Assembly: GCA_028534125.1 (NCBI GenBank)
Contig: CM052818.1
Span: 21,702,001 to 21,766,000, forward strand
DNA from: Lama glama
Taxonomy: Eukaryota
Direction of reading: 5' to 3'
DNA: 64,000 nt
Shown here: positions 27,477 to 40,972 of the stretch, in pieces
Position numbering within the stretch: position 1 is the stretch's first letter
Layout: each line of letters starts with the position of its first letter
Position numbers and translations under genes: made by a program
The notes under the pieces: generated by a model
The model's database searches: none
Told to the model about the DNA's origin: nothing
What the model saw: the letters and a program-made list of their open reading frames with translations, nothing else

Positions 27477-28584
27477 TATGGCTTGTATTTAAATAAACAA
27501 ATTATCCTTGAAAATAATCCTCAATCTGAGGAGAGTAAATAAGGAACTCTTTTAGAGAGACATTGCAAATGTATGTCCTTAGTGTTTCAGGGCAGTGGAT
27601 TCTTTGGATTAATTACAAGAAATTTGCTATGTGAACATAAGCTCTTTGGCTGTATGTAGTTTCTGCAGGTTAAATGGTACATACACTCTTTATGCATACA
27701 TCCCCCACCTACCCTTTCTGAATAGTGCCCACCAGTGACGTTGCTATGCCAAGACCTCTGATTTTGTAAGGAATTTGCTCTTTCTACAATTACTCAGGAA
27801 AAGAAAGGCAATTTTCTTTTAATGTTCTGACTCTCAGTACCATTTCTAACATACTGTCAGCCTGCTTACTAGAGTTCTTTAAAAGGTTGTAAGAAGGATG
27901 TTAGTGAAGGCTTGAGGCTGGACCCTGCTGCTTTTAGAGAATAAATTTTGATTTCTTTCCTTTTTTTCTTAAAGTTAAGAATCTTAATCATAATAGCTGT
28001 GAGTCTCTCAGAGTGGATGTGCAGGAAAGGTTTTGTTCTGCACAATGGTTAGCCTGGGAGGTAAGTTAAAAACAAATTGTAAATGCTTTAGTGCTGCTGA
28101 GCCAGTTTGTAGCCCTGGAATAATAACTGTCATCACTGTGGCTGTTGGGGCAGTAGAGTTAGGGCTGCTGGGTAAATTATTAAAAACACATGTGAGAGAT
28201 TTCATGTTCTATGAGAACAGAGATCTTAAGAGATGTCTCTTGGTTCTGGAGTTACTATTTGATTTGCTATTATTCTTAATCTTTTGCTGTTTCATTGCCC
28301 AAGTTTATATACCCCAAAATAGACTTATTAAAGGAGATTTCTTGTAGATCCAGAATCATGAAAAACCATTTTCCTGTAATTTTTCCTTAGTTTATTTTAT
28401 TGGTCATTAGTATAACTGAGTTTTCATTTTTTACTTGAAATGTTTTTATTGTGCTAAAGTAATCCTTAAATGAGGCATTAAGTGATAATGGAGTTAAAAA
28501 AAAAACAAAACTTGATGTCCAAATCATCTTGTTTGGAGCAGACCCAGAAATTTAGTGAATACTTACTGTCTAGGTAAAGAATGA

Positions 28585-28893
<309 letters not shown>

Positions 28894-29446
28894 TAGTTTT
28901 GTAAAGTGGATCTCACATTCCATAGCAAGACCCAAGTGATTTTAAGGGGTACATGGACTTTGTTTTTAACTTTAATACTCATGCATTTATTTTAACATGG
29001 ATTAGAAAATTTATAACCAGGACATGAAGCCCTTGATTTCATGTGTTGTGTATTTGAGTATTCAAAGTTAGTTTAAAGAAAAAATAATCAAAGTTCGTTT
29101 ACAGTTATGGCAAAAATTACGAAGGTGGTAAGCAACTGACTAGAGTGAACAAGACTAATACAGTCCCTGCCCTTGTGGAGCTTAAATCTCATGGAGAAGG
29201 TGCCGGATTTTGAAGAAGTAATTACTAATGTGCTAATTGCTGCATAAGAAGACGTACTGAGTACAAACATCTGGTAAATAGGGACCTTGCCTGGTCTGGA
29301 GAGACTGGGGACAGCTTCTCTGAGGAAGTAGCATATCAGGTAAGGCCTCTAGGATGATCAAGAGTTAAGCTAGAAAGGGGGAAGGGAGATTCTGTTCTGT
29401 GCAGAGGCTCTGAATTGAGGAAGAAATGGCGCATTCAAGAAGTGTA

Positions 29447-29596
29447 GGGGGAGGGTATAGCTCAAGTGGTAGAGCGCCTGCTTAGCATGCACAAGGTCCG
29501 GGGTTCAATCCCCAGTACCTCCTCTAAAAATAAATGAGTAAACCTAATTACCTCTGCCCCCCTGCCAAAAAATATAAATAAATAAATTTTTTTAAA
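29447..29596 (+). mobile_element. tRNA-derived SINE (Vic-1-like), full long form
   Basis: gggggagggtatagctcaagtggtagagcgcctgcttagcatgcacaaggtccggggttcaatccccagtacctcc, then aaacctaattacctctgccccc and a second A-rich tail; TSD aa(g/a)aagtgta. Confidence 0.93.
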
Positions 29597-31243
29597 AAAA
29601 AGTGTAAAGGAGAATAGTATGGCCAAAAGTGTAGACTAAAAGAGGGGAGATTGTCCAGGGGAGTAGGAGGTTGGGGAGGTAGTAAATAGAAAAGAAAATT
29701 TGTGCAAGTGAGGAACTAATATAAATGGTGGCCTTGAATTTAAGGAATTTTCAGACCTTAGCACATCATATATCAAATAATTTCACATGTGCTGACAAGG
29801 AATGAATTGAGACAAGCCTTTTTTACTTACGAGTTTTTCTTTAAGGTCATTTTCTTTTAATATCTTAAAGCAAAGATAATTTTTATATTACAAAAGCAAT
29901 ACATGCTTAAAAATATAGAAAGTATTAAGTTTAAATGACTATTCTCCAGTCCCATTTGCTGTACCTCATAGTATTAATCATTTTTAGTGTTATCGCCTTC
30001 CAGATTTTTTTTTTGTCAACAAAATACATATGTTTAAGCTTTGTTTTATTTACAAACATGGGCTTTATACCAATCTACCAAAATGTTGTAATTATTATGC
30101 CCCAAATGGAAAGAACAGTGAAGCTAAGCCCTTGGAGAGCCAAGAGATCCTTTACATACTGCGGAAGAAGGGAAGCAACTGCCAAAGGGAAGCTGCGGTA
30201 ACTTCACAGGGGTCTTTGCACTGCTGACCAACTCTAGGATTCAGGCCATCACGGGATTTGCTACATCCTTACCTCTTCCTTCTCCTAAGTTTTCAACCAG
30301 CAAGTTTTTTCTCTGCGTATTCAACTGAAGTTGGGAAGGAGGCAGGAAGATAAAAACAACTAGATTATTTTATAGAAATTAATCTACATCATTTTATAAG
30401 AATGAATCTGAGAAGTGAAAATTCAGTTACACTGTCATAACAAGTTAAGCATAATAAAGAATGAGAAGAGTTCTTCCTTATTTGATAACACTCTAGTGCC
30501 CCAAAGTGAAGTTTTCAAAATGAAAATGAAAAAAATAGGGAGAGTGGCCTGGTTATATTATTTTCCTTATGTAAACTGCTATTTCATTAGTTTCTGTAAG
30601 TGGGGTGAGAACCAACTTTTCTACCCTTTTTCTGTGGCAAGGAAGGTCAGGCGTAGTTCAGATTGTCTTAATTTTGTCTGTCCAGAGACTGCCTAGGTTC
30701 AGTCAATTGAATGTGAATTACGTTGGGGAATACTTATTTGCCCTAAAAATAATTTAGGTGTTAAAATTTATAGAACTTAAACCTCTTTTAAACATTTTTT
30801 AAAACAAAGCTAAATAGGTCTTTGAAGAGGATGTGGGAGGGTGTTAGGTCAGTAAGAGATTTCAGGTTTTAATAGTTGAGAATTCTGACTATTGAGTGAA
30901 GAAAACTGAGTTGTTCAAACTTTTTTAGTTAGCACATGTGTAAATATTCAAAGATGAGAAATGGCACTATGTAGCCTGAGATACAGGAAGAATGCTATGC
31001 TAGTATATCTAACCTTGATAATAGGTATTTTGGCTTGTCCTGAAAGAAAACAATTACAGTTATGCAGAGTAGTGAAGAACTCTTTAAAATCACTTTACTG
31101 TCATGAAAATCTGCATTTAATAAGCTGTTTTCAAGCCAGAGTCTTGCTGCTCTTTTCTAGTTACTAATTTAGGTTGGCAAAGTAGCTGAAAATTAAGGAT
31201 ATGGATTTTTACAGACCATGACTCTTTTGTCTTAATTAAATAA

Positions 31244-31492
<249 letters not shown>

Positions 31493-32391
31493 TGAGTCAA
31501 CACATCTTAACTGGCATGTGAGTGCTGGAGCATTGTGACATGTACAGTATAACAGTATACTGGGGAGCGGAAGTTTATTTTCTCATTTGTATTGTTGAAT
31601 TTGTGTATCCTTACACCTGTGCTGGTAGAACCTGATTCAGTAACAGATTAATTAATCCCAAAAGCAAATGAGTAGATTTTAGGATTTTACACCAGATTTT
31701 CAGGATTTTTAAAACAGATATACAAATCTCTGAACTTACTTACATTATTATTTCCATTTAATTCTCCTGAGTTTAGGTTTTTCTAAAATAGCCTCTTAAG
31801 CTGGACTCCTTTTTTTCCACTCTTCCAGTTTATTTTAGCTGTTTTTAGGAAACAAATAGTGTTTCATGTTTCTGCTTAAAATTCTTCACCACTTCCCCGT
31901 TACCTCAGTAAAATCCAAATACCTCAGTATAGTTTTTAACCTCCTAATGATCTGGCTTATCTTCATAGTGGCATTTGTCATCACTCCCCAAACACGTCCT
32001 GTTTTCCAGCCACGCACATCCTACACTTCCAGCCTTACTACATCCTTTCAGATGACAGCCTCTTTCCCCTCTGTGCCCTTGCATGTGCTGTCTTGATGCC
32101 TTTCTGTTCTTTGTCCTTCTAGGAACTCACATTCTTCCTTCAAGACTCCTTAAGCGTTCATGTTCCTGCCTCCTGTGTTTACCCCTAACCTGACAGGTGG
32201 ATATTCTCAAGTCTCAGGTCATAGCAGTGACCACATTGCTTGGAAGCTCTTTACTTTTCCCACAAATTATCTCCAGGACAGAGGATTTTTGCCTATGCAT
32301 ATTTTTAAAGCATATATTTAGCACAATGCCGGGGCAATAGTAAGCAGACACTCAAAACATATTTGTTGAATCAGATTTTGATTGCCTATGT

Positions 32392-32595
32392 CAAGAGTTG
32401 GCAAACTTTTTCTCTGAACAACTAAATAGTAAACATTTTAGACTTTGCAAGCCAAATGTGGTCTCTGTTGCATATACCTGGTTGGTACTTTTTTCTCCCA
32501 ACCTTTAAAAATGTAAAAATCCTTCTTAGCATAGGGCCATACAAAAACTGGCTTCTGGGTAGATTTAGCCCATAGGCCATAGTTTGCTGACCCTG
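32392..32595. mobile_element. MER58-like hAT-Charlie MITE
   Basis: TIRs caagagttggcaaact ... agtttgctgaccctg; degenerate 8-nt TSD gcctatgt / gcttatat. Confidence 0.85.
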
Positions 32596-32650
32596 GCTTA
32601 TATCGTGAATGTTTCTTTAACACTAAAACTTTTTTGCCCTTTAATTTCAG

Positions 32651-32867
32651 GGGAGGTGGTGAATTAGGCCTCCAATGGCATGCTGATGGCCGTCTAACTA
32701 AAAAACTCAATGGCCTTGCTGACTTAGAGGCTTGCATTAAGACACTTCATGACCAAGGCTTTTCTCAACCAAGTCTAACAACCCTGACTGCTTTCAGTGC
32801 TGGAGGGGTGCTTGTGGGAGCATTGTGTAATTCTAATCCAGAGCTGCTGAGAGCTGTGACTTTGGAG
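32651..32867 (+). CDS. PREPL: PREPL coding exon 10 (catalytic Ser, AFSAGG)
   Basis: tttcag|[14 protein letters not shown]...[27 protein letters not shown]; Ser codon 32796-32798; GAG|gtaagt; 217 nt. Confidence 0.97.
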
Positions 32868-33371
32868 GTAAGTACTCTGTCTCCACTGTTTACAGAATAG
32901 GGAAGTGTGAAGCCATAGATGCTCTTAAGAAAAAATTTCTGTTAACAGTTTTTACCATAGCATAGGAGTATAACAAAGCTTGTACATTTTAAACACAGAA
33001 TTATACCCCCAGGAGAACTTCCCTGACAGTGTTCTTTATTAATTTTTAAGAATTTCCACTGAAAGATATTAATGGCTATTCCTGTTGATCATTTTTTATT
33101 TGTAAGAACATTCAGAGTTGGAGGGAAAGAGACAAAGCATATATGACACACCAGACCCAGGAAGTCAGACAGAGCACACTGACTCTGGAATGTGTGAAAT
33201 CCTTGGACATTTACTGACCAACATTTCAGTCTTGGGTTTAGGAGCTCTCTATCTTCAGATCCTCCATTCTTATTAACAGTCTTTAGGGGTAGTACTTCTG
33301 TCCTTTAATTGAGATACAAAGTTGTATTATAGCAGCTCATTTCCTCCATCATTCTCCTGCTTCCTGGTTAG

Positions 33372-33875
33372 TGTCAGGGAGGAAGAAATTTTCCTCTTCC
33401 CTTCTAGGTTCTTCTCGCTGGTCTAAGAATTAAGTTGACATGAGATAGATTTACAGGAGAAAAGTCAAACGAGAGCGTAATAATATGTATACATGGTAAA
33501 GCCCCAGTAAAACTGAGTAACTCACCAAAATGGCCGGAGTTCTCACCTTAAACACCATCTTCAGCTAAAGAAGATGTTGGGGTTTGATTTGGGACTTCAC
33601 GGGGTGGAAGGCAATTCACATGGAGATGGAAAGCAAGTGTTTGACAAACAAACGTTTGCTGGTCTATGCAGAGAGACCTTGGGACACAAAGTGGACCCTG
33701 ATCTCTGTCCGCCCACTGTACCTGGCCCACATGCACTGTCTGCTGATGGCTCTGTTCCTCTTTCTGAATTCTGCAGGCAGTTCAGGACAAGGTCAGAGTT
33801 TCTTCCTGAGTCTTTTGGGCCTTGATTGTTTTCAGCTTGAAATAATTTGGGGGCGGCAATTTTTGTTCTCCTACA
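33372..33875 (-). mobile_element. Solo ERV1-type LTR (MER34-like)
   Basis: Minus strand runs TGTAGGAGAACAAAAATTGCC...TTCCTCCCTGACA (TG...CA, 504 nt); 4-nt flanks ttag/gtag. Confidence 0.8.
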
Positions 33876-34669
33876 GTAGATACTCTAGAAGACAGTCCCT
33901 AGGATGGAGAGAATAAATTATTTTCAGGTTTTTTTTATTTTGAGAGTGAGCGGTATACACTGTGTGCTTGTATTAAAGTAAATAAGTGTTAAATAATCCT
34001 GATCTGTAAATCTATTTTTAATAGAAAATTAAGTATATAAGGAAAAAATAAACCCTATGCACAAAGATAATAATGGCAGAATTACAGTATAAAGAAAATG
34101 CAAATACCTTTGACTTCTAGAAATAACTTTGACTTGTCGAAATCAGGAAGTAATAAGAGCTGTATGTGTAAAGACATTTATTTATCCCACATTGGCTTAC
34201 AATAGTGAAGAATTGGATTTAACCTAAATATTCAACAATTAATTCAAAGTTTGGAGCACATTATGTCTGGTAAACCTGAGTCACATGGCTCCTCTCACTC
34301 TGAGGGAATGCTGGGAAAGGGAGCTGTCTGGCATGTATTTTAGCACCTCCACAGTGAGAGGCAGTCTCTGTCTCATAAAGTTAGGGATACTCTAAATGCA
34401 AAAAAGAACTAAGATGCTAGGCAGCCAAAAAGAATTACATTTGGGCACTGTACTTACTTAATGTTGATACAAGAGAAAGTAGTATACATGGTAACAGATT
34501 ATAAGGCAACTGCCATTTTATTAAATGTTCTAACACTGGTTATAAGCCAGTGAGTGATTTTCTCTTCTTTCAACTAGGATATTTTCCAGATTTTCTTCAG
34601 TTAGCATTTATTATCTTTTTTTAATGTTAAGTGTCCAACTGAGTTTATTCATGTGTCGTTGAGATTTTA

Positions 34670-35372
34670 TTTTTAATTTTTAATTGTGATAAGGTAACGT
34701 AAAATTTACCACCTTAACTCTTTTTAAGTATAGAGTTGAGTAGTGTTTAGTACATTCACATTGTTGTCCAGCTAGTTTCCATAACTATTCATCTTGCAAA
34801 ACTGAAACTCTGTACCCATTAAATAGCAACTCCCTAGTTCTCCTTCCCCCAACTCCTGGGAACCACCATTCTAGTTTCTGTCTCTATGAATTTGACTATT
34901 CTAAGGTACCTTCTATATAAATGGACTCATACAATACATGTTTTTTTATAACTGGTTTATTTCACTTAGATAATGTCCTCAAGGTCCATTGTGTTATAGC
35001 ATGTGTCAGAATTTCCTACTTTTTAAGGCTGAATTTCATTGTTTCATTGTATTTATATATAATTTGTTTACCCATTCATCCATCAGTAAACACTTGATTT
35101 ACTTCCACCTTTTGAATATTGTAAATAATGCTGCTACAAACAGAGATACTATAATCTTTAAGACCTTACTTTCATTTCTTTGGGATATATACCTAGAAAT
35201 AGAATTGCTAGATCATATGGTAATTCTAAGTTTAATTTTTTGAGAAACAACATACTATACCATTTACACCCCCACTGACAGTGCACAAGTGTTCCAGGTT
35301 CTCCACATCCTTGTCAACACTTGTTATTTTTTGTTTTTTTAATAGCAGCCTAATGGATGTGAAGTGGCCACA
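34670..35372 (-). mobile_element. Older L1 3' end, antisense
   Basis: L1MA/MB-type 3' UTR and end-of-ORF2 text (ttgtaaataatgctgct, ggatatatacctaga, ctccacatccttgtcaacacttgttattt). Confidence 0.85.
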
Positions 35373-35394
35373 TTTATTACTTTTATATAAAATA

Positions 35395-37410
35395 TATATA
35401 TGTATAGGAAACCCTAAAGACTCCAACACAGAAACTACTAGAGCTGATAAAACAAATTCAGCAAGGTAACAGAATACAAGATTAACATACATCTATCTCT
35501 TGCATTTCTATACACTTAACAGTGAAATACCAGAAGAGGAAAGTAAAAAAAAAAAAAAAATGTTTTTAATTGCATTAAAAAACTTAGGAATAAACCTGGC
35601 CAAGGAGCTGAAATACACTGAGAACTATAAAACATTGATTAAGAAAATTAAAGATGATTTAAAGAAATGGAAAGATATCTCATGCTCTTGGATTGGAAGA
35701 ATTAATATTGTTAAAATTGACATATTACCCAAAGCAATATACAGATTTAATGCAATCCTTATCAAATTACCCAGGACATTTTTCACAGAACTAGAACAAA
35801 TAATCTTAAAATTTATATGGAATCAGTAAAGACCCAGAATAGCCAAAGCAGTTCTGAAGAACAACAACAAGGCTGGAGGCATAAGCCTCCCAGACTTCAG
35901 ACAATACTATAAAGCTACAGTGATCAAAACAGCGTGGTATTGGCACAAAAAACAGACGTGCATAGGTGGAACAGAATAGAGAGCCCAGAAATAAACCTAC
36001 ACACCTACAGTCAATTAATCTTTGATAAAGGAGGCAAGAATATACAATGGAGAAAAGACAGTCTCTTCAGCAAGAGGTGCTGGGAAAGCTGGACAGCCGC
36101 ATGTAAATCCGTGAAGTTAGAACACTCCCTCACACCATATACAAAAATAAACTCATACTGGCTTAAAGACTTAAACATAAGACAAGACATAAGTCTCCTA
36201 GAAGAGAACACAGGCAAAACATTTCTCTGACATAAATTGTAGCAGTGTTCTCCTAGGTCAGTCTACCAAGGCCATAGAAATAAAAGCAAAAATAAACAAA
36301 TGGGACATAATTAAACATAAGCTTTTGCACAGCAAAGGAAACTATAAACAAAAAGATAACCTATGGATTGGGAGAAAATACATGAAAATGATGTGACCTA
36401 CAGGGGCTTAACTTCCAAGGTACACACACAGCTCATAACAACTTAATAACCAAAAAACAAACAACCCAAGTGAAGAAATGGGCAGAAGACCTAAATAGAC
36501 ATTGCTCCAAAGAAGACATACATATGGCCAATAGGCACATAAAAAGATGCTCAATAGTGTTAATTATCAGAGAAATGCATATCAAAACTACAGTGAGGTA
36601 TCACCCCCACCAAAATGGCCATAATCAAAAAGTCCACAAACAGTAAGTGCTGGAGAGGGTGTGGAGAAAAGGGAACCCTCCTACACTGCTGGTGGGAATG
36701 TAGTTTGGTGTACCCACTATGGAAAACAGAATGGAGATTCCTTAAAAAAACTAAAAATAGATTTACCTTATGATCCAGCAGTCCCACTCCTGGGCACATA
36801 GCTGGAGAAAACTCTTAATTCAAAAAGATACATGCACCCCAGTGTTCATAGCAGCACCACGTACAATAGCCAAGACATGGAAACAACCTAAATGTCCATC
36901 GACCGATGATTGGATAAAGAAGTTGTGGTATATACGTAGAGTGGAATGCTGCTCAGTCATTAAAAAAAAAAAATGAAATAAAATGCCACTTGCAGCATCA
37001 TGGATGGACCTAGAGATTATCATAAGTGAGGCAAGTCAGAGAAAGGCAAATATGTGATACCACTTATACGTGGACTCTACAAAAAAATGACACAAATGAA
37101 CTTATTTACAAAGCAGAAACAGACTCACAGACATAGAAAACAAACTTACAGTTACCCAAATGGGAAAGGAGGGGAGAGTAGTAGTTTGGAAGAAGTAGTA
37201 GCAGATACAAACTACTATATATAAAATAGATAAACAACAAGGTCCTACTGTATAGCACAGGGAACCATATTCAATAGCTTGTAATAACCTATAATGAAAA
37301 AGTATATATATATATACTTTTATATATAATTGAATCACTAGGCTACACACCAGAAACTAACATAACATTGTACATCAACTATACTTCAGTAAAAATAAAT
37401 AAATAAAAAA
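35395..37410 (+). mobile_element. 5'-truncated L1 (~2 kb of ORF2 3' half plus 3' UTR), sense within PREPL
   Basis: ORF2p motifs [46 protein letters not shown] with frameshifts; A-rich tail at ~37390-37410. Confidence 0.95.
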
Positions 37411-37732
37411 TACAAACAGCATGATATGGTCAACTGAGTTTCTGCAAAAAAATATATATATATATATACACACACACAGAGAGACATACACATATATGAA
37501 TAAAAGACACAAAACTAAAAGCAAAAATTGTGAAATTAGAAAATAACCCTTATGTCGTTTAAGGAGTTTGAATACCTTAAAAGCCAATTACATCACAGGC
37601 CCTGGTGATAGACTGGCTAATTAATCTGGCTCCTGGGAATGTGCATTCCTTCTTGAGCTTTGTTCTCATGTCAGCATGTATATATTCATAAAGTATAGTA
37701 TTTTTCTGAAACTCATTTTACCAGCTTGTTAA

Positions 37733-37933
<201 letters not shown>

Positions 37934-38249
37934 TGATAAACTACTGTCATGAAGTGATAAGAGAAAATAATCAGAAGAATATTTACCTGAGCTGAAGCAA
38001 GAATTCAGTTAAGGCCTTAGATTGATTCTCCTTGTAGCACTCAAAACACCTTTCAGCCCCATCTCGGCTCGTACTCCATTAGATTAGATTAAGGTCTCAC
38101 TATTCAAGAAAAGATGATTCCAGGTAACAAGTAGTCTAGAATTGTAATGCTATAAATCTCTCAAGAATGTCAAATTAGAAGAAAACATCTAGCACAGAAA
38201 AAAAATTGGAATTACCTTTTATAATCTGTAAGGTAGAAAGGGACCATGA

Positions 38250-38543
<294 letters not shown>

Positions 38544-39227
38544 TAATAACTATAACTGCCTTGCCCCTTTTCAAAGGATGTTATTAGAATAAGTTAGGCA
38601 AGGCACAAAGAAGTAAATTGAGATATCAGACATAACGTGGAGGTATACTATCATGCAATCATTCATTCAGCAAAATTAATTGAGCCATTATTCTTGGGAA
38701 CCTATAAAAAACAAATTCTGAAGTTTTTGCTCTGGAGCTTCAGTGCCCAAACTAGCTGCTTTAATTTTCTCTAGATCTTTCAATTTTATTAGACGAGAAC
38801 TCTTACCTTCTTTCCTTACCAATACTTCTGAGCTCAGAGTGGGAAGAACCCACAGACAAGTTTTCAAACATTTGCCCCTGTGTTCAGTTCCATGTCTCAT
38901 CCTCACCCATTGCTGTAGTTGGTGTTTCAGGTCACAAGGCTCACAGATTCTTTACGACCTATTGGCTTCCTCCTAGGTTACAGCCTTCTCTGTGTGTCCC
39001 TACAGTCTCTTCCATCCCACTTTCTCAGCCTCTTGTCCTCCTGCTTTTCCTATTTCAGAAATTTCTTTGCTGCTGCCTGCCCTCTCCCCTCTCTTTGTTG
39101 GTGGTGGTGGTTTATGCCTTTATCCTTCACTATTATTTTAATAGAATACTTGGAGGGAGAGGGGTGAAATGGGTGGGTCTCAATCGGCCCAAAACCTTCT
39201 AATCGTTTAATATGTTAACTCTTTCAG

Positions 39228-39301
39228 GCTATCAAGCCCCCAATATTATTTTAGATATTCAGCCTGGAGGCAATCATGTGATTGAGGATTCTCACAAAAA
39301 G
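39228..39301 (+). CDS. PREPL: PREPL coding exon 13 (catalytic His, GGNH)
   Basis: tttcag|GC; (G)[24 protein letters not shown]; His codon 39275-39277; AAG|gtatgt; 74 nt. Confidence 0.96.
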
Positions 39302-39684
39302 GTATGTTATCAAGGCCCTCTAAGTTGATAAATCCCTAAGCAGTGATGTGTTATACTCAGCCTTTCAGTGGTCCCAGCAGGGTTCATGCCAGCTTCTTCA
39401 CCAGCTGTCAGGTCTGTGGCTGAGACCCGACAGGGGAAGGAGGAATGCAGAGTCAATAAAAAGAAAAGTTTCTCTCTTGTACTTGATAAGTGAGTTCTCT
39501 TAGAGAAAGTAATTGAATCTTAATTGTTGGGAGCCTTCTGCCTCTGTCCCAAATAACAAATACCCTTGCCATAAATTGCTGGCTTCAGGGTTGGGTGAAA
39601 ATGGATGGACAAGGAGAGACTTGAACACTGGAGTTTTACCACAAAGGCCTTCTCTCTAATGTTTTTTCAATGTGTTTCTTTTAG

Positions 39685-39774
39685 ATTACAGCCCAAATTA
39701 AATTCCTGTATGAGGAACTTGGACTCGACAGCACCAGTGTTTTTGAGAATCTCAAGAAATATCTAAAATTCTGA
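39685..39774 (+). CDS. PREPL: PREPL coding exon 14 (terminal, to stop codon)
   Basis: ttttag|ATT; ITAQIKFLYEELGLDSTSVFENLKKYLKF then TGA. The 14 exons sum to 2184 nt = 727 aa + stop with no frame breaks. Confidence 0.96.
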   Translation: MTAQIKFLYEELGLDSTSVFENLKKYLKF

Positions 39775-40319
39775 AATGCTACATTCAGTGGGAACTGGAA
39801 ACACTGAAATATTTCATAGTCGTATTGCCAGCTGTGTTAAGAAAAGTGAGTTTTTTAAGTTGGTAAATAATTTTTTTATATTTGCTTCTCCATCCAAATT
39901 TTGTTTAGTATCCAGCTCACTTATACTGTTGTCTCCATTGATGCACATGCCCCTTAACCTAGGAAAGTAGTTTTCAAATCATGCTCTGTAGGACATAGAG
40001 AAGGGAGTGAGGGAAGGATTGGTGACAGCAGAAACTGCCCCCTTCCCCCATCAGAACAGCTTTGTTTTTATTTACTACAATTTTCTTTGAATGGTTTACA
40101 AACCAAGGTTTTGCCTCGTTGCTAGTGAACATTTTTAGATACTGTGGCAGTAAGTCATCATCCAGTTTCTGTACCTGCATTTTATGGAAGAAGATAACAT
40201 TCTTAAAATTCATTAGATCTTTCTAATAATTGGGAGTCCTAAGGTGCTCAGTTCATCTCTAATTGATGCTATCTCAAAAAAGTTACAAGTTCCTGCAAGT
40301 GACAGTTTTCTTTAAACAT

Positions 40320-40325
40320 TTTATT
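40320..40325 (-). terminator. SLC3A1: Candidate SLC3A1 polyadenylation signal (AATAAA)
   Basis: tttatt on the + strand about 180 nt past the SLC3A1 stop; a second copy lies at 40067-40072. Confidence 0.65.
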
Positions 40326-40502
40326 ATTCTTGAAAAAACATTTGAGAACCTTTCCTAAAGCATTTACATTCAAGCTACAGAAATATCTAAGAATTAATGA
40401 CTGTTCATAAAGTTTACCCGGCAGTCTGCAGTAATGTGAAGTTACTGCAAATGCTTAGAATAGAACAGAATGCCCACGTCTTCATCTCTTTCATAGAGGT
40501 GC

Positions 40503-40943
40503 CTAACACGAGTTGTACAGTATGTTGAGTGCACTGGAATAGCACGCCCGGTTGGAAACAAAACATCTGTCTCTGAAAGCTGTTTGGTGATGAAGGAGAT
40601 TCTTCGATTTGTATTCAAGGATGAGTCCTTCTCCTTTGTCCAGTGTAATGGCATGTGTATCAATTTCATGGCCTTTGTAGGCAGAATTGGTACTTAACTT
40701 TATCCTCACTCTTGTGGGAATATTTGAAATCATTTCCTTTAGATTTAGCTGTGATAATTCTCCAAAATTCAGAACCATGAGTAAGACTCTGTCTGTGCCG
40801 TCCAGCTCTCTTGTGTACACAACGGAGTGATTGTCACTCCTCAGGTAGCAAAACCAGCCCCTGCTGAGGAGCAGCTCGTTGGCATGAAGCAAACTTAATT
40901 CTTGATATAACTTCAGTGCTGATCTGGGCTGAGTCTTTTGGAC
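40503..40943 (-). CDS. SLC3A1: SLC3A1 (rBAT) exon 10, terminal coding part
   Basis: aattag|[35 protein letters not shown]...[24 protein letters not shown] then TAG; 441 nt; C-terminal cysteines of rBAT retained. Confidence 0.97.
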   Translation of the reverse strand, partial: VQKTQPRSALKLYQELSLLHANELLLSRGWFCYLRSDNHSVVYTRELDGTDRVLLMVLNFGELSQLNLKEMISNIPTRVRIKLSTNSAYKGHEIDTHAITLDKGEGLILEYKSKNLLHHQTAFRDRCFVSNRACYSSALNILYNSC

Positions 40944-40966
40944 CTAATTTTTTTAAAAAGAATATT

Positions 40967-40972
40967 AATAAA
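40967..40972 (+). terminator. PREPL: Candidate proximal PREPL polyadenylation signal (AATAAA)
   Basis: First AATAAA/ATTAAA I can find on + after the PREPL stop; followed by TG/T-rich sequence. Another lies at 41275-41280. Confidence 0.5.

Noticed and set aside
29447..29522. Apparent tRNA-Ala(AGC) gene (and similar copies elsewhere)
   Set aside because: A-rich tails, target-site duplications, multiple diverged copies and imperfect stems show these are SINEs, not tRNA genes.
34670..37410. Single L1 with a twin-primed 5' inversion
   Set aside because: Both halves carry their own 3' ends and look like different subfamilies.
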